A DNA stretch of 64,000 bases, taken from positions 24,444 to 88,443 of the forward strand of contig CAVRFZ010000025.1 in NCBI GenBank assembly GCA_963720655.1, written 5' to 3'. This document shows positions 10,431 to 18,183 of the stretch, one piece after another; position 1 is the stretch's first letter, and each line of letters begins with the position of its first letter. Source of the stretch: an uncultured Acidobacteriota bacterium. GTDB taxonomy: Bacteria > Acidobacteriota > Terriglobia > Acidiferrales > UBA7541. The position numbers and the translations under genes were made by a program. Under the pieces are notes generated by a model that was not told the DNA's origin, ran no database searches, and worked only from the letters and a program-made list of their open reading frames with translations.

Positions 10431-10450
10431 GGCGTTGAGTAAATCAACAC
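10431..10450 (+). promoter_or_regulatory. candidate enhancer (UAS) inverted repeat GGCGTTGAG-N4-TCAACAC
   Basis: GTTGA-N5-TCAAC palindrome about 100 nt upstream of the -24/-12 promoter at 10543. A related GCGTTGAA/TTCAAC set lies upstream of the second sigma-54 promoter. Confidence 0.35.
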
Positions 10451-10542
10451 GGTAAAGACATTGGGGCAGAAGCAATCCGGGACGCAGAATTCGATCAAAC
10501 ACATTCCACGAGACTTATCGGGCGACTCGAGTCTCGAGGTGA

Positions 10543-10558
10543 TTGGCAACTTGATTGC
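10543..10558 (+). promoter_or_regulatory. sigma-54 (-24/-12) promoter
   Basis: TGGCAACTTGATTGCA matches TGGCAC-N5-TTGCA, with GG and GC exactly 12 nt apart. It lies 52 nt upstream of the peptide-1 ATG. Confidence 0.7.
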
Positions 10559-10609
10559 AAGATAGAAAGCATCGCCCCAGAGGGGCAACTTGAGAGGGAG
10601 AACAAAGAC

Positions 10610-10678
10610 ATGGCAAAGAAAACCTTGAAGAAGTCCAAGAAGCTCGAATCGACCAAGCCGTTGATCAGCCGCGGATAA
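10610..10678 (+). CDS. small Lys-rich peptide 1 (22 aa, MAKKTLKKSKKLESTKPLISRG)
   Basis: A GAGGGAG Shine-Dalgarno sits 9 nt upstream, a sigma-54 promoter lies upstream, and two hairpin terminators follow. It shares the KKLE..K.LI.R motif with two paralogs. The ORF is below the ORF-track size cutoff. Confidence 0.6.
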   Translation: MAKKTLKKSKKLESTKPLISRG

Positions 10679-10738
10679 TTTTTAGGTGCGCCCGAAATAG
10701 TGGCGCACTTTGCGGAGAAGGATTCTTGAAATGAGAAG

Positions 10739-10764
10739 AGGCCGCTCCTAGGAGCGGCCTTTTC
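10739..10764 (+). terminator. rho-independent terminator after peptide 1
   Basis: AGGCCGCTCC-TA-GGAGCGGCCT stem followed by TTTCC. It is preceded by a second hairpin, GTGCGCC-N9-GGCGCAC-TTT, at 10686-10711. Confidence 0.7.
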
Positions 10765-11003
10765 CACGTTAGGGCCAGAAAGTTAAAGGCCAAAGTCAGG
10801 GCAGAAAAATTCTGAAGATCGGCTTCTTGACCGTACCCTGGGCCGATTGGCTCAAGAGTCCGCAGGATCAGACCTGTAAGTGCCAGTATTTTAGTCATTT
10901 AGGAAACGGCACCTCTATGGATTAAGTTGGTTGCGCGTGATTCCGCGGCAGATTAGACTTTCTATCGTAGATGGAGCTCAACTTTTCATAACACGGTGCA
11001 AAA

Positions 11004-11099
11004 ATGAAGTCCAAACCGAAGCCAAAAACCCTTAAGAAGTCGACCAAACTCGAACCCTTGAAATCCCTCATCGTCCGCGCTCCTTGGGCCTCAAAGTAG
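11004..11099 (+). CDS. small Lys-rich peptide 2 (31 aa, MKSKPKPKTLKKSTKLEPLKSLIVRAPWASK)
   Basis: It is a paralog of peptide 1 (TLKKS.KLE..K.LI.R) with synonymous codon differences. An in-frame TAA lies 12 nt upstream of the ATG. The SD is weak (GGTG) and no clear promoter was found. Confidence 0.5.
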   Translation: MKSKPKPKTLKKSTKLEPLKSLIVRAPWASK

Positions 11100-11122
11100 C
11101 GACGGTTCCGTCAACCAGCCAG

Positions 11123-11917
11123 CTATTTACCCCTCTTACGAGCCAAGTACATCGTTCGCAGACCTGTAGATACTCGTCGGTTGCTGGGGGGCGCGGCGAG
11201 ATCGCTAAAATCCAGAACACGAACTAGTTCCAGCCCAGCCTGCCTGAGGTGGCGGATTATATCGGCATGGGGCCACTCGATTTCTTCCAGCAGGTCATCG
11301 TGGCGCTCCCAAAGGTCCTTTCGACCACGAATGAACCAAGTTACTCGATTCCAGCCTTTACCCCTCTTGCGGTCGAATCCGCCGTGCTCGACTGCAAAGA
11401 AATTCGGTCCTTCACCATAATTGGTTATGGACCAGTGCTGTTCGTAAAGGAGCCGCTGGTGCAAATCGAAGTAGAAATAGCCCCCGGGACGAAGCGCGCG
11501 GGCAACGGCCCGGGCAACTTGAGCCAATTGGGAGCGGTTGGGCAGGTGATTTATCACGCCCCATTGCGAGCAAACCAGATCGACTGGCTCGGGAAGGCTG
11601 AAGGTGCGCATGTCCGCCCGCCAGACACGTACGCGGAGCCCCGTCGCGCGCACCTTCCCACGCGTGACGCGGCACATTTGTGGGGATAAATCGACGGCAT
11701 AGACTTTCAGGCCCCGTCGCGCGAAATCAATGGCAGCCGTGCCGCTTCCGCAGCCAAGCTCACACACGCTTTTGACTCCGGGAAGAATCGAACGGAGCAA
11801 TTTTTCCCGGTTGCGAACCCAAGACTTTTCATAGAGAGGCCAGATCTCGTCGTAAACGGGGCCTAGTTCGGCGTAGGTGTTCGGTTTTGGCGCGATCTTT
11901 GTGGATGGGCGGGGCAA
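11123..11917 (-). CDS. class I SAM-dependent methyltransferase
   Basis: Motif I VCELGCGSGTAAIDFA, then acidic D in VYAVDLSP, and motif-IV-like LVCSQWGVINHL. Confidence 0.85.
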   Translation of the reverse strand: MPRPSTKIAPKPNTYAELGPVYDEIWPLYEKSWVRNREKLLRSILPGVKSVCELGCGSGTAAIDFARRGLKVYAVDLSPQMCRVTRGKVRATGLRVRVWRADMRTFSLPEPVDLVCSQWGVINHLPNRSQLAQVARAVARALRPGGYFYFDLHQRLLYEQHWSITNYGEGPNFFAVEHGGFDRKRGKGWNRVTWFIRGRKDLWERHDDLLEEIEWPHADIIRHLRQAGLELVRVLDFSDLAAPPSNRRVSTGLRTMYLARKRGK

Positions 11918-11981
11918 CAGGGCTCCTAAACGAGCGCCCTTTATATCAGGGGAGCGTGATTTTGCCCACCGCTAAAGGGGC

Positions 11982-12028
11982 GGCGTTGAAACGTTGGATT
12001 TTTCAACAACATGAGCAAAATTCAACGC
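11982..12028 (+). promoter_or_regulatory. candidate enhancer (UAS) half-sites GGCGTTGAA / TTCAACAAC / TTCAACGC
   Basis: Inverted GCGTTGAA (11983) and TTCAACGC (12021), plus an internal TTCAAC (12003), lie 85-125 nt upstream of the sigma-54 promoter at 12110. Confidence 0.35.
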
Positions 12029-12109
12029 TTACTGAGCTCAAATCAGAGGGTAGGCGTGCGCCGCCGTGCCTAAGTGGTTTGATTTTAAGCCAGGAGAGGG
12101 AATTGTGTT

Positions 12110-12125
12110 TGGCGCGCGAATTGCA
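12110..12125 (+). promoter_or_regulatory. sigma-54 (-24/-12) promoter
   Basis: TGGCGCGCGAATTGCA has GG and GC exactly 12 nt apart. It lies 53 nt upstream of the peptide-3 ATG, the same geometry as at peptide 1. Confidence 0.7.
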
Positions 12126-12177
12126 CTTGCTCTGAACAAGCCCGGGCAGGGACGAGACCAAGAAAAAGGGACGAATC

Positions 12178-12288
12178 ATGAATCCAACCGCGAAGCCAGT
12201 AAAGAAAAACAAGAAAGTCGAGCCGGCAAAGAAGCTCGAGCGTAAAACACCGCTGATGTCCGTGCGCAGTCTCACGGTGAAGTGGTAG
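12178..12288 (+). CDS. small Lys-rich peptide 3 (36 aa, MNPTAKPVKKNKKVEPAKKLERKTPLMSVRSLTVKW)
   Basis: AAGGGA SD about 8 nt upstream, sigma-54 promoter upstream, two hairpins downstream, and the shared KKLE..K(T)PL motif. Confidence 0.6.
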   Translation: MNPTAKPVKKNKKVEPAKKLERKTPLMSVRSLTVKW

Positions 12289-12372
12289 GGGATTAAGTCG
12301 TCCCGAGATTTTAACGATCTTCCGACCTTGCGCTCCGCTAGGTCGGGAGTTTGAAGTAGCAGCAACCCCGAA

Positions 12373-12406
12373 GGGCCGCCGTCCCAGGAACGGCGGCCCT
12401 TTCTTT
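12373..12406 (+). terminator. rho-independent terminator after peptide 3
   Basis: GGGCCGCCG-loop-CGGCGGCCC stem followed by TTTCTTT. A further hairpin CCGACCT/AGGTCGG lies at about 12333-12357. Confidence 0.7.
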
Positions 12407-12429
12407 GTGACCGCGTCCAATCCCCACAA

Positions 12430-14577
12430 TCACCACCAAACCTGAGAACGCAACCAGTGCCAAGCGCTTCGACTCATCTGCCAGGCCAACGGCCTGCTCT
12501 TCGCTGTAATCTTGGCGACACCGGTCATCCCGGCGCTGAGTGAGCCGTCGGAGTTCGGAAATACCATCACGACGGCGAAGCGGTTAGTCAGTTCCTGCCC
12601 TAGTCGCGTTAGCTTTTGCGTGTCAGAGATGGGCGCATCGGTAGCGGCGGCGGGAAGAATCTGCTCCACATGGCCTGTGTAGGTGCGAAAAGCGTAGGGC
12701 AGAACTTTCACTCTTACAGGAGCACCGGCACGAATGTCGTTCAGATCGCGATCAGAGACGAAAATGCGCGCTTTCATCGTGCGAGCGTCAGAGAGGCGGC
12801 AGAATTCTTCGCCAGCGGCGAGAAACTGGCCGACTCGCTGGCGAATTTCGGAAGTTGTCACGATGCCGTCAAAGGGGGCGCGAATTTGTAGCGCGTCGAG
12901 ATTGGATGTGGCGACGGCGAGTTCTTTCTGAAGACGGATGCGTTCGCGCACGGACTGGGCAGACTTCCCGGATGCAGGCTGGTCCTGATTCTCTCGAAGG
13001 TTGCTGCTAGCCAAGGTGAGTTCGATGGTGGTCTTTCTGGCCTCCGCTTCAATCTCCGGGTTCTGCAGAACGGCGAGGAGTTGACCCGCCTTAACCTCTT
13101 GACCCTGGCGAACGAATACCTCTGAGATTGTTCCGGCAACTGAGGTGCGGAGATGCGCGGCCTTACCGGGCTCGAGGAGGAGTTCGGAGGAGACGCTGGT
13201 GGGGATAGGAGGCACGAATAAGAGCAAAGCGACTCCTAAGACGCCGAAAGTCTGAGCGCGCGTTAATCTCCAGGTCATGTAGGACCCCCCCTGTTTTCGA
13301 ATCCATGCGCGGGCGACAGGCACGGATGATTTGATCCCCTTTCGCGCGAAAAAATAAAGCACACCGGCAAACAAGAAATAGCCCCAGTCTCCGAACTTTG
13401 AGACGAGCACATTCTTCGCGAACAACAGGACCACGGCCAGCAGGGCGGCACTGTAGATGATTGCTGTGACGCCGAAAATGAAGAAGATTCGCCGGTGGCG
13501 GCGGCTGGAAGGAGGAAGATCAATATCCCGGCGAAAAATGTATTTCTGCGCCCAAACGCGCAGGAAAGCGAATGCGTCTTCGCGCAAGTTGTCGATATCG
13601 AGGAACTGCGAGAGGGCGTAATAACCATCGGCTTTGATGAGCGGATTCAGGTTTAAAACAGCGCCCTGTATGCCGCTGAGAAGCATCATCTTGTACGCCA
13701 AGTCACTAACGATAGTGCCGGGTGCGGTGAAGTGCCAGATCACGGCTGAAGTGCTGCAAAGAAGAAGCTCCACCCAGATGCCGGCGAAGATCACCCATTG
13801 GCGGCGTGAAGTGCGATCAAAGAGAAGGATATCTGTGGTGTCGGTATAAAAGGCGGGCGTCAGGTAGATCAGCAAAAACCCCATTTGGTGAACGTCGCCG
13901 CCGAAGTGCTTGCAGGTAAGCCCGTGGCCGAACTCGTGGACTGCGCCGAGCAGCAGAAGCAGGATCCAAAACGCCCACACATCGTAGGCGCTCTTTTCGG
14001 CGAAGGAATAAAGCGATGAAGTGTCGCGCTGCACCCGGCTCCAGTCGCCAGCTACAAAATAGGCCGCCGTGACAAACAGGAGGATGCAAAAAAACACGAA
14101 CTGAGTAGTGTAAATCCAGCTGAGATAAGGATCGAGCTTCGCGAGGGTTTTATTTGGGTCCCAGGCCTTGAAGCTGATGTATAGCATGCTGGACTGGTCG
14201 ACGCGGCCTTTGCGTTCGTCGCGGATGCGTTCAAGAACCGCGAGATTTTTTTCGCCCAGGGACCGTTCCCACATGGCGGGCTCAATTGAATCGAGAAATT
14301 CGAGAACTTCGGATTCCGCGATCGCAGAATCGGGGTCTTGTTCGGCGAGCGCCTCGGATATCTCGGCCGGTGTACGTGTTCCGTCGCACAGCAAAAGCAG
14401 CTGATATTCGAATTCACCGTAACGGTTGTAGGAATTGGTTTCGTAATTCTTGATGACGTAACTCTTTTCGCCATTCACGGTCTGTTCGCTGATGCGCAGA
14501 TCGGAGCGAAGCTTGGGGCGCCGCAATCCTTTGGAGAGGACGCTCGAGACCTGAATACTGGTGGGGCCAAAGCGCAT
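12430..14577 (-). CDS. triple-fusion protein: PqqD-like RRE domain + M50 site-2-protease membrane domain + HlyD-type periplasmic adaptor domain
   Basis: The N-terminus SYVIKNYETNSYNRYGEFEYQLLLLCDGTRTPAEISEALAE...VLEFLDSI is PqqD-like. HEFGHGLTCK (HExxH) and LNLNPLIKADGYY (NxxPxxxxDG) are M50 motifs within a multi-TM block. The C-terminus has a lipoyl-like hairpin (VAGTISEVFVRQGQEVKAGQLLAVL ... IRAPFDGIV). Confidence 0.8.
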   Translation of the reverse strand: MRFGPTSIQVSSVLSKGLRRPKLRSDLRISEQTVNGEKSYVIKNYETNSYNRYGEFEYQLLLLCDGTRTPAEISEALAEQDPDSAIAESEVLEFLDSIEPAMWERSLGEKNLAVLERIRDERKGRVDQSSMLYISFKAWDPNKTLAKLDPYLSWIYTTQFVFFCILLFVTAAYFVAGDWSRVQRDTSSLYSFAEKSAYDVWAFWILLLLLGAVHEFGHGLTCKHFGGDVHQMGFLLIYLTPAFYTDTTDILLFDRTSRRQWVIFAGIWVELLLCSTSAVIWHFTAPGTIVSDLAYKMMLLSGIQGAVLNLNPLIKADGYYALSQFLDIDNLREDAFAFLRVWAQKYIFRRDIDLPPSSRRHRRIFFIFGVTAIIYSAALLAVVLLFAKNVLVSKFGDWGYFLFAGVLYFFARKGIKSSVPVARAWIRKQGGSYMTWRLTRAQTFGVLGVALLLFVPPIPTSVSSELLLEPGKAAHLRTSVAGTISEVFVRQGQEVKAGQLLAVLQNPEIEAEARKTTIELTLASSNLRENQDQPASGKSAQSVRERIRLQKELAVATSNLDALQIRAPFDGIVTTSEIRQRVGQFLAAGEEFCRLSDARTMKARIFVSDRDLNDIRAGAPVRVKVLPYAFRTYTGHVEQILPAAATDAPISDTQKLTRLGQELTNRFAVVMVFPNSDGSLSAGMTGVAKITAKSRPLAWQMSRSAWHWLRSQVWW

Positions 14578-14589
14578 GGGTCGCGGTGC

Positions 14590-15528
14590 CTATGGTTTCG
14601 CTTTTGCAGTGCCCGGCCAAATCACATGTACAGCCATGCCGGGCCGCAAATCGGAAATTCCGGTTCCGACAAGCTGCGCGGTGACGTCGTAGCTGTCACT
14701 TGCGGGATCGACGGTGGGACTAACCTTCACCACGCGGGCTGAAAACGTGCGGCCGGAATTATCGACAAGCGAGAGATCGACGGGCGCGCCACGCTCGGGA
14801 CGCCTGGGGGAAGCTTCGGAAACCTGAAATTGGACCTGAAGGGGCGAAAGCTGGCTGATGCGAAAACACTTGTCATTCTTGGCCACCGTCTGACCTTCAC
14901 GAACATAGCGGCGCACGACGACACCGCTGAATGGGGCGCGCAGTCGGGTTTGGTCCAGTTGAATTTCGAGGCGATGAATTTCCGAATGGCTGCTTTCGAC
15001 CAGGGCTTGCCATCCATGCATATCGTATTCGGCGCCTTTTGCTTCAAACTCGGCGGCTTCCAGATCGGCTTCGCTTGAAAGCCCATATTCACGCAGCTGC
15101 TGTTGGCGTCTTAGAGCCGCGGCTTTGGCCTTGAGCTCGGCCTCTTTGAATTTCACGTTATTCTCGGCAACGGTGAGATCGTTGCGGGCCTTGTTGAGCT
15201 CCATCTGAAGGCTGCGGTCATCGAGCTGCCCTAGAATTTCACCGGCTTTGACGGCGCTGCCTTCGTCTTTCGCGAGGGAGGTGACGACACCGTCGCGCTC
15301 GGCAGAGAGATCCACTTGGTGCTCCACGGAGAGCACGCTGAGAACGTCGTTTGGCTCAGGAGGCTTGACGGTGGCGGTTGGTCCCGGCGGTTGTGACGGT
15401 CGCGAAGGCACGGCCGAAGACGGAGGTGGAGCGGCAGAAGTGGAATCCGGCGCGTGAGAAGAATCGCCACAGCCCGCCAGCGCGAGCGCCAAAGTTACGA
15501 TTGGAAGATACGTTGAACGTCTCATCAT
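14590..15528 (-). CDS. HlyD-family periplasmic adaptor lipoprotein
   Basis: Lipobox LALAGCGD, a Pro/Ser-rich linker, then barrel-sandwich and coiled-coil motifs (AERDGVVTSLAKDEGSAVKAGEILGQLD ... LRAPFSGVVV). Confidence 0.8.
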   Translation of the reverse strand: MMRRSTYLPIVTLALALAGCGDSSHAPDSTSAAPPPSSAVPSRPSQPPGPTATVKPPEPNDVLSVLSVEHQVDLSAERDGVVTSLAKDEGSAVKAGEILGQLDDRSLQMELNKARNDLTVAENNVKFKEAELKAKAAALRRQQQLREYGLSSEADLEAAEFEAKGAEYDMHGWQALVESSHSEIHRLEIQLDQTRLRAPFSGVVVRRYVREGQTVAKNDKCFRISQLSPLQVQFQVSEASPRRPERGAPVDLSLVDNSGRTFSARVVKVSPTVDPASDSYDVTAQLVGTGISDLRPGMAVHVIWPGTAKAKP

Positions 15529-15546
15529 GTCCCCTGCCCCTTCAGC

Positions 15547-17976
15547 TTACGGAAGCCAGCTCCAGACCTTCTGCCAAATCCAGCGAAATGGATCACGAAA
15601 TAGTGCGTAGCCTATCGGGTACCATCCGGTATGGAACCATTCGAGCGGGCCGCCTGCGGCGCGGATGCGAACGCGGCCAACCATTCCGTCGCGAGCGCGC
15701 CCGCCGGAATTCGAAAAGAGAGCGCGTACTAGAAAGTATTGGTCCCCAGCATCGGAATGAGTTTGAGCGCCGATACGATCGACGGTCCCGAAGAATGTTG
15801 CCGTCGGGAAGGCATTGAGCTTAAGGGCGACTTCCTTGCCAGGATGGACGAGGGCCAAATCCGTTTCAGGCACGCTCATTTCGGCGGCCATCCGTTCCTG
15901 GTCGACGATCTCGGCGAACGGATCTCCTGCCTTGACCATCACGCCAGTTTTCTCTTCAATTTTCGGCGTCACAACCACACCAGCAATCGGCGCACGAAGA
16001 TCCGCAGAGGCGACGCGCTGCTGTTCGAGTTTCACTTCGGCAGCATGAAGGTCGGCGCGCATTTTGGCTTGTCCTGCGGCCGATGGATCGTTACGAAATT
16101 CCGCTTCCGCAATTTCACGGCGAGCCTGCGCGAGAGCGGCTTCGGCTTGGGCAAGCTTGATGCGATCTTCGCTGTCGTCAAGCTGGGCAAGAGATTGGCC
16201 CGGCTGCACAGTTTCGCCTTCGCGAACGAAAACGTGCCGCACGACTCCGCCTTCGATCGAGCTAACAATGCGGCGCTCAGCGGGGACCACGGTAGCATCC
16301 GTACGCACGCGCACAGGCCATGGCACCAGAATAAGAATGGCGGCAACAATGGCGGCGCGCTCAGCATATAGGCGCCAGCGCTCCTTCGGCATCGCGGCAG
16401 CCAGGCGCTTTTTCTGTTCGGCAAGCGGCTGGAAAATATTCGCGAGCGGAACCTGCTGATAAAGCTGCGCATTGCGGATTGCAACAGTCGTCTGGTTGGC
16501 GAGAATCGAGACAGTCTCTTTGTTGGCGTCGGTGAGGAAGTCTGCGTCGCTGCTAAGAAGTATCATCGCGCCAAGAACGCCCTGATCGTCGCGCAGCGGC
16601 AAGGCATACGTGCCGTTGAGCTCGTAGGCTTCGAGGTATGAAACGAGCTGCGCGCGAGCATCTTCCGGATCGGCGTGCCAGCCATCGTCGTATTTATCGA
16701 CGGCGACGGGGCCTTCCTGCTGGGATACCCATTCCAGCCGGTCGCGCAGTTCGCTCATCTCGCGCGTTTTTGGAACCTCCGCTTCGCCCGAGACGGCGCC
16801 AAGAACGAATTTACGCCGATCGAAAAAGCCGATGACTAATTTGTCGAACGGAACTACGGAGGCGGCTTGCTGGGCGACAGTGGAAAGAACGTGATCGAGG
16901 TCCAGCGTGGATGTGATTTCCTGCGAAATTTTTAGAAGAGCGTCAAGGGCGTAGACCTTACGTTCGGATTCAAGAAGATTCGCATTGTGCAAGGCGACAG
17001 CAGCCTGCTCGCTGATGCTTTCGAGGAAAAAAAGATCTTCTTCGTTAAAGGGAGTGCCGTCTGCTTTGTTCACCAGCTCGACGATGCCGAGAACCTCGTT
17101 TTCCTTTCGTAGCGGCGCCGCCATCCACGACTCGATCTCGAATTCTCCGCCAGCCTTGATGCGCTCTTCGAGACCCGGTTCTTCCGATGGCGTTTCAAGG
17201 AGCTTCGGATTTCCCGCCTGGGCAATTTCACCGAGCAGCCCTTCGCTCGCGGAAACACTCGCACCTTGCTCCACCGTCGGATCCACTCCTGCGGTATTGG
17301 CCAGACGAAGTTCGTCTCCCGCCGCGAGCCACAGATTGCAGCCCTCAGCTCCGAGAATGTCTTTGATTTTGCCGGCGACGATGGGCAGCAGCTCTTCTAA
17401 CTCGAGTGTGGATGTGAAGGTGCGGCCAAGGTCGTAGAGAGCAGTGAGGCGTTCGAGAGTTGCGAGCTGGGCGTGGCGCTCGCCTTCTATAGCTTCGAGA
17501 TTCGTGAGAGCCTGGCCTGCAAGCCGCGCCGCTTCTTCGAGAAAATGCGCGTCTTGCTCTGTAAAGTTCCCGGCTCTCTTGTTCAGGACCTCGACCACGC
17601 CTTCGGGCCCTTCGACGCCGGGAAGGGAGGCAAACATTGCAGATTTGACGCGGACCCGGCTCGTCTCCTCCAGATGCTCGAGATCATCAAGCGACAGATC
17701 CTGCGCGCTAAGGCGGCTGGTGCTTGCCGACTCAAACACGATGGCGAGAGGACCTTCAGTGACCGGTTCGCTGGAGGGCACAATCCGCTCGCCGGTTTCG
17801 GTCCAGCGCGTACGGCATGCAAGCCCTTCCGATTCAGAATCGTGAATCCACACGAATACGGCGCGCGCTCCGAGCGTGGTGCCCACGCGAGCGGCAAACG
17901 TCTTCAAAAGCGTGTCCTGATCGCGACACGCTAGAGACACGCTCGCGAGTTCGAAGAGCGCCGAAGATGTTTCCAT
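15547..17976 (-). CDS. GAF-domain (about 3 copies) - TM - HlyD-type adaptor fusion protein
   Basis: The start is set at METSSALFEL with a GGGAGA SD. About 520 cytoplasmic residues carry repeated GAF-like units. A single TM (AAIVAAILILVPWPV) follows, then HlyD motifs (IEGGVVRHVFVREGETVQPGQSLAQLD ... LRAPIAGVVV). Confidence 0.8.
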   Translation of the reverse strand: METSSALFELASVSLACRDQDTLLKTFAARVGTTLGARAVFVWIHDSESEGLACRTRWTETGERIVPSSEPVTEGPLAIVFESASTSRLSAQDLSLDDLEHLEETSRVRVKSAMFASLPGVEGPEGVVEVLNKRAGNFTEQDAHFLEEAARLAGQALTNLEAIEGERHAQLATLERLTALYDLGRTFTSTLELEELLPIVAGKIKDILGAEGCNLWLAAGDELRLANTAGVDPTVEQGASVSASEGLLGEIAQAGNPKLLETPSEEPGLEERIKAGGEFEIESWMAAPLRKENEVLGIVELVNKADGTPFNEEDLFFLESISEQAAVALHNANLLESERKVYALDALLKISQEITSTLDLDHVLSTVAQQAASVVPFDKLVIGFFDRRKFVLGAVSGEAEVPKTREMSELRDRLEWVSQQEGPVAVDKYDDGWHADPEDARAQLVSYLEAYELNGTYALPLRDDQGVLGAMILLSSDADFLTDANKETVSILANQTTVAIRNAQLYQQVPLANIFQPLAEQKKRLAAAMPKERWRLYAERAAIVAAILILVPWPVRVRTDATVVPAERRIVSSIEGGVVRHVFVREGETVQPGQSLAQLDDSEDRIKLAQAEAALAQARREIAEAEFRNDPSAAGQAKMRADLHAAEVKLEQQRVASADLRAPIAGVVVTPKIEEKTGVMVKAGDPFAEIVDQERMAAEMSVPETDLALVHPGKEVALKLNAFPTATFFGTVDRIGAQTHSDAGDQYFLVRALFSNSGGRARDGMVGRVRIRAAGGPLEWFHTGWYPIGYALFRDPFRWIWQKVWSWLP

Positions 17977-18183
17977 TGCTCTCCCTGGAGGGGCGTTCTC
18001 ACACCCGCCCCCGCGCCGAGCCCGGAGACCGGGGGAAAGAGAACGCGCGGAGCCTAACAAAAGGGGCTGTAGCGCGTCAAGGAACTGTCCCCTAATGGCC
18101 CCGATAAACAGGACATACGAGAGTGCAAACCCTTGATTGCGGAGCGCAATTCAGTTAGCTTTGCAACTCGCTGTGAGGTACCT

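Noticed and set aside
10665-10898. 77-aa minus-strand ORF inside the peptide region
   Set aside because: It overlaps the peptide-1 stop codon and both of its terminator hairpins. It has no SD and no family resemblance.
10907-10921. Possible sigma-54 promoter (CGGCAC-N5-TGGA) upstream of peptide 2
   Set aside because: The -24 element is good, but the -12 position reads GA rather than the essential GC. The distance to the ATG (83 nt) also differs from the two clear promoters.
12011-12073. 20-aa ORF MSKIQRLLSSNQRVGVRRRA upstream of peptide 3
   Set aside because: It has no similarity to the three peptide paralogs and no SD. It overlaps the candidate enhancer repeats.
17977-18183. Search for a sigma-54 promoter upstream of the GAF-HlyD operon (minus strand)
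   Set aside because: No TGCAA-N5-GTGCCA-type match was found on the plus strand. The operon's promoter type is therefore unknown, and I do not claim it belongs to the same regulon.
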